Origin: Bugula neritina
Lineage: Eukaryota; Animalia; Bryozoa
Direction of reading: 5' to 3'
Length of the DNA stretch: 64,000 nucleotides
NCBI GenBank assembly: GCA_964035545.1
Contig: OZ037765.1
Location: forward strand, 2,728,001-2,792,000
The position numbers and the translations under genes were made by a program. Below are positions 17,634 to 28,900 of this stretch, piece by piece. Position 1 is the stretch's first letter, and each line of letters begins with the position of its first letter. The notes beneath the pieces were generated by a model. It was given only the letters and a program-made list of their open reading frames with translations, was not told where the DNA came from and made no database searches.

Positions 17634-19279
17634 TTTTTGGTGTAAGAAACAGTTTTTCCGTATTTTACCAGAATATTTGAGTTGTTGAATTTGGTTTCTG
17701 TCAGTCACGTTCTAGAACTAATGTTATTGTATTCTTTAACTTCTCTAAGCCACTGCGATAAAGTGATATATTTCAAGTGATGCTAACAACTAAGGAAGCT
17801 TTTCAAATATCTATAATCATGTTGAATGATCTTTATTGCTAAATTGTACATTTATAGCTTGTTTTATTTTTCTCCATTAACAAATAAATCAATTAGATGG
17901 TCAAAATTAGATAATATATTGAACACATCAGTCATATACAAACCTTTTATTTAGCTAATATATTGCTGAATGAGTAAGTATAAAAAAGAGAAATGTAACA
18001 TGATATATCTAAATTCCTTTCTGAGTGCAACTATACAGAACAAATACTTGCATGCTTGAAAAATTACCTCGAAACCTCTTATTGCATTTTAAAAAGTTTT
18101 ACTATGTATATTTTGTGCACATTCATTAGCTAACGTGAACAATGGAGTTAATTTTAAGTAAACTATTTGCCTTCCCACTATTGCTGTTGGCTTCGTTGTG
18201 TATTGTGGATGCAAAAAACATTTACAAAAAAAGCACAGCCACACCTGTAATTCATCTCAGATACTACATTCCTTATTAAGTCACTGCAGTTTACTTGTTT
18301 TTGCATATCTATAACATGTCTGTAAAGGCTTTTACATCATTGTTCTCTACTTTGAAAACTTTTACACATATTTTTATAGAAGCTTTGTTTTCCACTATAA
18401 GGAATTTAATTCCAAACCTCTGGCTTGCAAGCTCGCTAACCATTACCATACAGGAGCTACTGGGTGATTTCAACACTGCACACCACAGGTGCAACTTTCC
18501 AGTTTCACAGTTCCAGAGACAGCTAGATTCTGACTCGTAAAAACCCAACTTCTACTAATGAATCTGACCTTGAAAAGAATTTCAGAGTGACTCATAAGCG
18601 CTGTTTGTCATTCTCAGAGTTGTATGAATATGTAGTGTGTTGGTCTCCCCAATAACAACATATTTCTATATGTGGTGACAGCTCTGTTGGGTAGTTTGTG
18701 GATTGAATTTGACTAAATCATTTCATTTTAGCAGAACTCAATGTATTTTATATTTTTAGAAAGTTGATACAACAAGTAGTCACAGAAAAACAGCAGTTTT
18801 GAATATATTTACTAAAAGTATTATATTACTTTTACAAGCAACACACTAATAGGTACAACAACTCCAAAATGTGTTAACTATTAATGCAAAAGTATTGGCA
18901 TTGTTGACTGCGCACATACACGTGACGCTGTCTCAAATCACTCAGAGGTTTAGATAAAGCAGCTTTGTTTAGCAATAACTTTAGCTAGTTGGATGAGGTC
19001 AGTTTGGAGCACAGATTCAGGACTTGCATGTTCATGAATTTCGTACACAGTACCCCCAACATCTCCCCTTCCACCCCCCCCCCTTACTTTGATCACAAGT
19101 AATACAATGAGGTCTATATACTAAATAGTGATATATTGAATTGATCTATATACATTAAATATATGTCAACGAATTTAAAAGCTGATAGCACTGTTTGCTC
19201 TACTCCAAGTAATATAAAAATGGAAGCATCAATATTGTAGCAAGCTCAACCTTTGAAAAACCAGAATACATAACTATTA

Positions 19280-19990
19280 TTCTATTTCTAATTTAGAACA
19301 CAGGCTTTTCCTAAATTCTACTCTATTACTGCACCTATACCTCTACTTTATTTGGTCAGAAATCCTTAATTTCAGGAGAATGCAACTTCTTATTTGCGTT
19401 TCTGATATTGTACTGCAAAGCTGGCAGCTAATATTTCACTTCATCTAGTTTTTTCCCATTTCGTGTTTAAAAAAACTGCATATTCTAGTTCTATTATAGT
19501 AAATACCACCTATATAATAGTATGCTCATAGTAATTTCATTAGTGTATATTGTAAAAAGTTATTAAGTGCAAATAAAATTGCGTGCTACTGTTGATACAT
19601 ATTACTATAATACACCTGCTACTAAAAACTGCACTGTGGGTGCTATATTGTCTAGCTACATTAGCCTAGTCAAACCTTTTGCGGTTAAAAACTATTTACC
19701 TTAACAATACTCAACTATGGCTATTATCAAATCTATTGATAGAGTGAGCAAAGCTGAATAATGATACTGATTTTTGACACCAAGCTGTAGCTTTATTGGC
19801 CTAGGAGCTGGTCACGCTTCAGTGAATGTCAATAGCCAAATTGATTGCACAATACTCACATTTTTGCTAAACTGAGCTACGCTTTAAAGTGCCTAGTAAA
19901 ACTTTACTATACAGTCGCCCCAAGAAAACAAGTAGTTCCTCAAAATGGCGGCTTTCTATTCTGCTGACTAGCTGGTCAGGTAAATCCATT
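19280..19990. repeat. Interspersed or duplicated segment; similar to about 33625-34320, with a short piece at about 28770-28820
   Basis: Shared strings such as gagaatgcaacttcttat, gcaaagctggcagctaatattt, tatttaccttaacaatactcaa and aatttagaacacaggctttt. Confidence 0.75.
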
Positions 19991-20698
19991 TATTACTTTA
20001 TTTCGGATCTTTAAGGATTCAGTACTAACTAACGTTTTTTTTTCTTTTATGATTAAATGTTATGTGGGCATGTGCTTTACATTTTAGCTTGTTTTAAAAA
20101 TAAAGCTGTCAATGTACAGGTTGAATTTAGAGAGATTTCTGCAAAACTACCTAGCTGAAATCACTACTAACTAAACTCTAAGAGACAGATATAACTATAT
20201 AGTAACTGTATGACAAATATATGTCTGTTAAATGCACATTGTAATACACTGAGGTTAATTGACAACTGTGGGCTATAGCTATAGACTATGAGCTAGGTTA
20301 AAGTGCATAGTTTTTATATAGTCTGTCAGACTATACAAGATGATTGTGTACATGAAAGTTTCAAAATTTCATGTTTCAATGCAATTATATAGCTTTTAGC
20401 ATGACTTTCGATATTTTTGGTTTAGAAGCCGTTACAACTACGATGATAATAATGTATGTGGGCAATTACATTTAAATGGAATATGACTAACAATATTGAG
20501 TGAAATATATATATTATATAGGTTTGTTAAACACTCTAGGCCACATGGCATGAACCCAATAAGGAAATATCAAAATACATAAATACGTACATAAAGTACC
20601 TAAATATATAGCGCTGTTGAGAATGTAAATTTATTTTAATGGTAGTTTGTCACTAGTTACAAGCTATTATGAATTGAGATGCAAATTGTGACTAATTT

Positions 20699-20733
20699 CC
20701 CCCCCTCCCCCCCCCCCCCCCCCCCCCCCCCCC
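20699..20733. repeat. Poly-C tract (poly-G on minus strand)
   Basis: About 35 nt of near-pure C. Confidence 0.95.
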
Positions 20734-20845
20734 GAGTTAAAAGGTCAACTGCTTTATTTCCCTGAATACAAGTGCTGCCAGTAGCTAATGATATTTAATT
20801 CTATATATGCACTCAATTTCCACTCTGTAGTGTTGTGTTACCCAG

Positions 20846-20935
20846 TAGTCCTGGTGATGTAATGGTCAGTTCATGATGTAATGGTTAGCAAGTTTGCAAG
20901 CCAGTGGTCTCGAGTTTGAATCCCAGTGAGGGAAA
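20846..20935 (+). mobile_element. tRNA-derived SINE head (degenerate, duplicated A box)
   Basis: tgatgtaatgg twice, then ...ttgcaagc...gagtttgaatcccagtgaggg. Confidence 0.55.
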
Positions 20936-22439
20936 ATGTGTTATACACTCATTAAATTCTGCACGGGTTTATTGTTCTGCACTTAATATCTCGAACTAAT
21001 CACTTTGCTCTCGCTTTGAGCATTTTGTATTTGCGGCATTCAAATTTGTATTTGTCTTTAGATTAGAGAATACCTTGATAAACAATCTTGAAAAATAATT
21101 TTATTTACACATTTTCTAGTTTTTAGTTGCCCTAGCAACTGCTTTACTGACTAGGACTGAAATCTTGTCTTGGATCCTTTAACATGGAGAAAATGAAGGC
21201 ACAAGAAACATGGCTGAGTGGTGCAACTTCTCACTTGCAATGTCTGTAAGTTTGTAATGTGCTTTCCTGTAGGTTTCTAAGATGTAATAGAAAGCTAGTA
21301 TTACAAAAAAGTTATTGGTGTGAAAATATTATATTTGGTTTATATTTCATTCACTTATAGTTAGTCTTGCATTAGCCAAATTTACTATATATTGCAGTGA
21401 GTAAACCCAAATAACAGCTGCAGCTGTTTTAGTTAGAGAGTCAAGCACTGAGTTTACAGTTACCAGTCATTTCATTGTCTACTCAGTACAATAATATTCA
21501 GCTCCACACATGTGATGGCAATGACAAAAGTCTCATAAAGCCATCTTTGTTTGCAAATGAGGCTCTTATTTAATAAGTCACTAAAAATAGGCTTGAGTTA
21601 CTGTCAATGAATACAGGTTATTGCATGGTTAGATAATTTCTATATAGGTTAAATTTTGGTCGTCTAAAATTGAAATACACAAGAGTTAGATAACCAAAAT
21701 CATCTTTTTGTTTGACAGTAAAAGAGAACCTTTAAACTAATTGCATAAGTCATAGTCTCATATTGTGATTACTGGCAGGAATTCATATTCCGATCAAATT
21801 AAGAGTGTTTACTGAGTATAAGAACTAAAGATTACAAATAGCTTCAGTGAGATGACACTATAGCCCATAAATTATAAGGAATCTATGTTATCAGTTTTGA
21901 TTTTACAACTCATACATAGACCTGCGTTTACTTCTGCATGCTTAATAAAAGTGATTCCCACTAGTTGTAAAGTGTGCACATCTCACATCTCACATTTACT
22001 TACTCATTGGATTCTACTTCTACATGCTAGCCTTATCCTGGCAGGTTGAATTAAATATACAATATTAGCTTATCAGTAGTACAAGTTCTTTATGATTAGC
22101 CCTAAGATTTCAGGTTGCTACTGTATCCCACCCTTAGCAAACTGTATGGTGCTTAGAATTATAGTCACCCTTATCTCTCTTGCTTAATATCTGTTTAATA
22201 TGATATGAGCCAGAGACCAAAGACCATATTTATATCATGGATACAGCAGCTGCTAGGAAGTAAAATACCTATATGTTTTCCTATACTATATAATATATAG
22301 TTATATGTATGTCCACCGCAGTTCATCTTATACATAAACTCACAGAAGTTTATAGTTGCTATCCCTCTGCGAAACCCTTGATGAAAAGGGTTTATGTTAA
22401 AGCAGGCTAAAGAATTATTTAGATGAGGCACAAGAGCAA

Positions 22440-22540
22440 TTATGACTGGATGCTCTTCCTAACATCACCAATGGCCTTTGTCGGAATGACTTTGTGCTTA
22501 CTAGGCAAACACTCTAACCCCTAGACCACGGCTGCTTCCT
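22440..22540 (-). mobile_element. Fragment of a second SINE family
   Basis: Minus strand reads gcagccgTGGTCTAGGGGTTAGagtg (A-box-like), then tggtgatgttaggaagagcatccagtc. Confidence 0.4.
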
Positions 22541-22911
22541 CACACCAGTTCATCTTATACCATTTCATCATTAAAGGATGTTGTATATGATTCGAACTAA
22601 TTACCTAATTGTTGGTTTCCCCTCTTTTCTATGGAGGAACACTTTTGAACAAGCTGTAAATAATATTATGTGTAATATATTTTGTTCAAATGGTTATATA
22701 ATGAAGTCTCCTGACTTTTGCATTTAAATTTGAGGGTTAAATAACTAAAGGAAGCTGCCACATGGTAGCATAAAGCTGTATGTTATTTTTTTGTACTTTG
22801 TTTTGGCATTTTATATAAATTTTGAAAATATATATTTTTTTATTTCAGCAGGAGTTATCCACCTGAACTACTAGCTCTCTACTAAAAGACAACTCCAACA
22901 AAAAATCAAAT

Positions 22912-25900
22912 ATGGCTTGTAAGGATTTATAATACTACTTACTATTACAGCAATTTTAAATCATCAATTGTTGCTGAAATTTTGCACTGTATGCAATTTT
23001 CAAATATTATATATTACCCTAATATGACATAAATAATTTACATGTATACAATATTTGTTGGCAACTTCATATTAGAAATTTATCACTTGCATAGTATAAT
23101 ATTCACCTGCATAGTACAATATCTATTTACTTAGCTTTTAAAAGTAAAACTTAGCTATTATTGAAGAAATATCTAGCTGTTTAAAATAATAATTAGAAAC
23201 CATGTAAAATGGGATGTGTAAGTCCTTCATAAAACCTGGTATACCTAATGTAGTAATGAGTTTACCCAGTGGTCCCTGTGGTGTAATGGTTAGCATACTT
23301 GCTTGCAAGTGTGCTAACCATTGGGTTCAATTCCCAGTGAGGGCAAAATCATTTTTCACTTAACGGTGCATAAAAGATAATCTAACAGTATATCTGTGAT
23401 ATTTTTAAGTCTTAGATATTAAATTTAGCTTACTAACAATTTATTAAGTTTTTAATACTTTAAATAGTACTTGCAAAATGTTGCTTTTCCAAAATAGGCA
23501 GTATAAAGGAAAGCTTATATATGTTTCGCCAAAGTATTGCTATTTTTAGAATAAAAATACTTGGAATATAAAAAGGTATTGTAAAAAGGTTAACGCTACT
23601 TTTCATTATTGTTTTCCTTAATAACATATTTCTTCATAATGAATTTTATTTTTGACAGTTTATAAAGTGTGGTTCAAGCACTCTGGTATGTCAGAAGCTG
23701 ATGTGAGGGAGTCCAATTCTAAGGTGGTAAGACTCACTAAATCAGAGATTAAACAGAAGGTAGGATCAGAGAAGATAATTGAACTTAAGATCCATGGTAA
23801 TCTACCTTCAGACATACAAGAGTGGGCTCTGGATGTGACCCACCTCCAAATCAAACGAGTAGTGACAAAAGCAAGTCTGAAAAAGTTAGTGAATTTTAAA
23901 TTTTAAAATATTTTTTGTAGAAGTGCCATGATTTCAGCAGGTAACCAAAAACTACCAACTGGTTACATTTTGAAGACTCCGATACTTATATTGTGATAGA
24001 TCAATTAGCTATTAGCTAATAATTATGTTGTACCTGTATTGGCTATGTTGCATGGTGGCAGTTTTTTTACCCAGCTTAGGTTCCTAATAATATTTTCTCT
24101 CAAGTTCAGGTTTGATATGTAAACGGACTAATTTCTTGAGTTGAAAATGCCTATTCTACAGTTCAAGCCTTTTTTAGAAACAAGCCTTTTACGTAAGAAA
24201 TTGTTTGATTTCCAGTCTCTCAAAACTGACTAAGGTAACAAAACTGAAAATCTCTGATAACAACTTTGGAACTCTTCCCGATGAAGTATCATCTTTGACC
24301 TCTCTAACAGAACTCACTCTACAGGCAAATGGTATCACAGATCTGCCGAACAGGTTGGTGTTAACTAGTATACACGCTTGCTTGACTTAATCAATTTATG
24401 TAATTTTAAAATATGCAGCTGCTGGACAAAGAAGTAGGTGTATTAAAATTTCTAAAGATATTTAAAAACATGAGATTTCAAATTTTCCCTATTACTGCAC
24501 TTAAATAAAAACGGAGTGCACTTTTGAAAGAATATTCACAATATTAATATTCAGTACATTATGGCAGCAATACAGGATTGAATGAGTATATGAAGCAAGC
24601 AAATTTCATAAATACTTGGGCAAATGAAAGGTTAACTTTCACAGCTCTATATTTTTTAGCTAACTATAATGTTACACGATTTTTCTGCACCTCTTGATAA
24701 TTTATTGTTTACTGCTAACTATTGATGAATCGATTTTCAAGCACACCTTCTTTGTTTTGTTTTATTATTGTATTTTTATAATATTTTATTTTACATGTCT
24801 AAATGCATGCTTTGATTCACTGCATCGATAGTCTAGGGAGGCTAAAAGAGCTTACAAAGTTGGACATTTCACACCAGCAGTTTCCCAAAGTACCTTCTGT
24901 TATTGAAGATCTTACAACGCTCACTGAACTCATAATGATTGATTGTGGGTTGTCTACTCTACCTGAAAAGTAAGCATGATACCAGCAATAGTGCAATCAC
25001 AAATAGCACATCATATAGTAGCCCTGAGGTTAACTGTAAATTTTCTCTTAATTCCTTGAACAATACTAGCTGACCTAGAATTTGTTAGACGCAGCACCCA
25101 GTCTAAGGTCGCTGAGTGCAGTAGTTGAGTGGCTGGGGAGAAGGGGCTGGTGCTTTGATTTTAGACGTATAATATACAAACCCTACACTTGTTGACCCCA
25201 AACTTTAAGCTACTTGTTAAATTACCCATCCTAGTAGTGATTTACTTCCCTATATAATATGTCTATCTGTTTTATTTTCTACTTTAGTCTGATAGGAATT
25301 AAATTTCTCAACATTAAGCTGTTCTAATATTTTTAGTTTGCAGTGTTTTTCAAGACTACAGAAGTTGGATGTATCTGACAATCCTTTGTGTGTTGTACCG
25401 CAAGTTATTCCTTCTCTTCGCAGTGTCACTGCCCTAGACATGAGTGGGTGTCAGATCAAAGTTTTCTCTCCCAGGTAGCCATTTACTCATTATAGTGTCT
25501 TTTTTGTAAATCATTGACATTTTAAAGTAATTTTTGACTTCCTTTTGTAGCTTTTGTTAAACCGGTTTCTTTTTTGTTCTTATGGCAAAAAAACAGATTT
25601 TACTTTTGTGTTGGTGCAAGCATTGTAACTTGATAACATGAAGGAGATTACTTGCAATCAACACGTTGTTTTTTTTAAAAACAGCATATGTGTTTTTAAA
25701 AATTGACTTGAAGAAATGCTTTAGTTTACATTTCATGTGTTGTACTTGCAGCTTGACAACCCTGCCTGAACTGGTGACATTAGATCTTTCAGGCAACTGC
25801 TTTACAGAATTACCTGTCACGTTCAACCGTATGAACAAGTTGGTTTCAATAGATCTGAGAGGAAATCAGAGTCTCACCTCGTTAACTGCCTCAATTAGAT

Positions 25901-28900
25901 CTATGGAAACATTGAATGAAGTCAGGGTGGGTGGCTGTGAGTCCCTAACCTCACCTCCATACCAAGATTGTGAGAAAGGTACTCAAGCTATTAAAAACTA
26001 TTATGAAAGCCTGCGCCAAGGAGAAATTATTGAACTGTCTATGGCTACCATTATCGTAGTTGGAGAAACTCTTGCCGGTAAAACTCGAGTTATAAAATGT
26101 CTGCAAGAACCGGGTACTGCATTTGATTTAGATCAAGCCACGAGAGCCTTCGAAGTTACTGAACTACAGTTTCACAAACCACTGTCCATATTGGAATTTG
26201 GAGGAGGTCAAAAGTATCAATTTACTCACAGACTTATGCAAAAGGAAAATTGTCTGCCGGTTGTAGTTGTCAGCATGAAAGAGTTTGAAGACAGACACAC
26301 AGTTCAAGGTATCTCAGCAAAAAAGGTAGTGCAAGCTCTAATTTTCAACTGGATCAACCAATTCTATTTTTCCTATTCTGGTTTAAATTCTCCCAAACTT
26401 GTCCTGACTAACAAGGATGGATTCTCTGATGATCCTCAGAAATTTACTGAACTAAAACGTATTCTTTTACAAGCCTGCAATTCTGTAATCGCAGACATAA
26501 AAAAAATTGAAGAAGGCAAATATGAGCCAAATGAAATTTCTGAAAAAAGAGATTTGTTTGATTTTTTTGGAGAAAGAGATGTCTTTGAAATCGGTGCACA
26601 TCATACCGATATTGAAATCCTTACTCGTTTGAGAGATGATTTGTACCAAGACAGCAACAGGTACAAGAGGTCAGTAGCAAAGACGTATGACAAAATAAAA
26701 AAAGTACTTTTATCTGCTGATGAAACCGTTGTCGACTTGAATGCAGAATATGGCATTTGGTCTGTAAATTTGCAAGTAAACAGAAGTCTCATTGAAGCTA
26801 CAATGGAGCATATGCATGATTCTAGCCAACTGTTGTTGTTTAAGGACAGTGAAAGGCTAAATCAATTTCTTTTTCCAAACATTGGTAAAATTGCTGAAAT
26901 GATTGGAGTGTTGTTCCCAAAAGACACAGCTGCAAGAGTAGATCATTTCACCAGAATTTTCTCCCTTAATTCGATAGAGAATAAGCAGGTGTATGAAGAT
27001 TGTTATGCTTTTTTTTCTACTTCTGGTCTTATAGAGGAAAAGCTTCTTTTTCTTTTATTGAAATTCGAAACAGCATTTTGCAATGAGCAAAGTATGGATG
27101 TTGCTGTAGCTTTATTGGAATCTTTCCAGTTGCTTTTCAAGCATCGGTGGTCTGAAGAAAAGATTTTTTATGTCTTGCCATTTTCTTCTGAAGACCATTT
27201 CAGCAACCATCTTCATAGTCCAGAAGAAAAACTCAAGTTCCGCACAGAGTTGAGATTCACCAGTTTCCTGGTGGACTTCTCCGTCTACCAGCAGATGGTT
27301 GCCACAATGCTCAACTATTCTCTGGGAGAAACAAGAACTGTAGTTAAACAAAATGGCATTCAAATTACCACCAACTTTTCTACTGTTCAACTTGCATTTG
27401 ATTTTGAAGCTAGAAAAGCTGTGCTACAATTAGCGACTAAACCGAAAGATGTAGGTGTCGGTTGGCAGCAGATTAGAGAATTGACAAACGATCTGATCAC
27501 CCAAGTTGTCAATTGCTTGAGAACTGAAAGCGTCACTTGCAAATCATTCTGTCCACATTGTTTGGCCGAAAAGAGAGTGCCTCCTTTTACCACAACAAAC
27601 CCCGACTGGTGCACTTTGTCCACAGCGCCTCAACAAGAAAGACAACTCTGCAATACTGGAATGAATGTCCCAGGAGCTTTGCTGTCACCCTGTAAGTTGA
27701 TAGTTTAAAGAATGAGAATAATGTTTAAACACACCATTTACGCTTGAGCTGTTATAGTACAACTAGCAGGAGTTCCACAGAAATAGAAACTTTCAACAAG
27801 CATGAGTAAGAGTAAATGATGCAATGGTGTTCACAAAAACCTGGCACTTGAGAGATTGAGTTGATTAATTGCATTAAATGCATTTGCCTAATAAAAATAA
27901 TAATGAATGAACTGTAAAATAAGTTACTATATATGTTATTTATTTAAGCATTCATCGTAATAAAATTTATTATAGAACAAACTGATCACATTTCTACAAA
28001 AATCAGTATATATCAACTGTTTTATTTTATTTCTCAACTTGACTGCACATGCATTAAAATTACCAAATTTCATTTTTTATTGTCATTTTCCAGGTGAGGA
28101 ATTGTCAGATGAGGACGTGAGAATCTTGGAAGAATTTGTTAACAACATTCAGCAACATCAACCGCTTACTGGTATATTTAATAATTTGCCTAATTTAATA
28201 ATGTTTTATACATTTATAACATAACTTTTGGTCGTGTCATAGTTGGTAAATTCAAATCTACAAAATAATGACTCAAATTTATTTACGGAATTTATTCATA
28301 GCATTGTGATTTCAAAGCAAATTTACTTTTGAAGCAAAGTTAATACAAATTTTCTGCTTGTTTATATCTAATAGATGAAGAATATGAACACGCAATCAGC
28401 ACCTTTGATCTTGGTGATGACGAGGAGTTATCTACCGCTGACTCATCAAGTATTGAATCATATTCACTCAGTGAAGCAGATGCAGATGAAAATGAAGATG
28501 ACGGTACCGAAAGTGTGATATCTGCCCCGGAAGAATGGCCTCCTCAAGATGGAATAATTCCATTTGAACTTGTTCCAACCACAAAAAGAAGCATACAAGA
28601 TTGTTTTCACAATGATGATGTAAGTAACGTTATGTGAACAGCAACATTTACATTTACGAGCAGTAGTGGAGAAGTTTGGATAGCCTAAGTTCTTTAATTT
28701 CATTATTAAACTTTAGTTCTGGGGTTTTGGTGGAAATTCTTGCAGGAACATAACTTTTTATGCTACGTTTCTAATTTAGAACACAGGCTTTTCTCAATAT
28801 CTCTATTACTACACCTATAAGCTCAAAATTTAGGCTCTCGATTAAATCCTAAAGCTGTGGTTTAATTTATGAAGTAACTTTGTATTATGGAGAGTGCTGA

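Noticed and set aside
25666-27708. Stand-alone 680-aa single-exon gene or NLR/NACHT protein
   Set aside because: The ORF ends are intronic (acceptor at 25751, donor at 27692); motifs and domain order (LRR before P-loop, TNKD, COR) are those of a Roc GTPase, not a STAND ATPase
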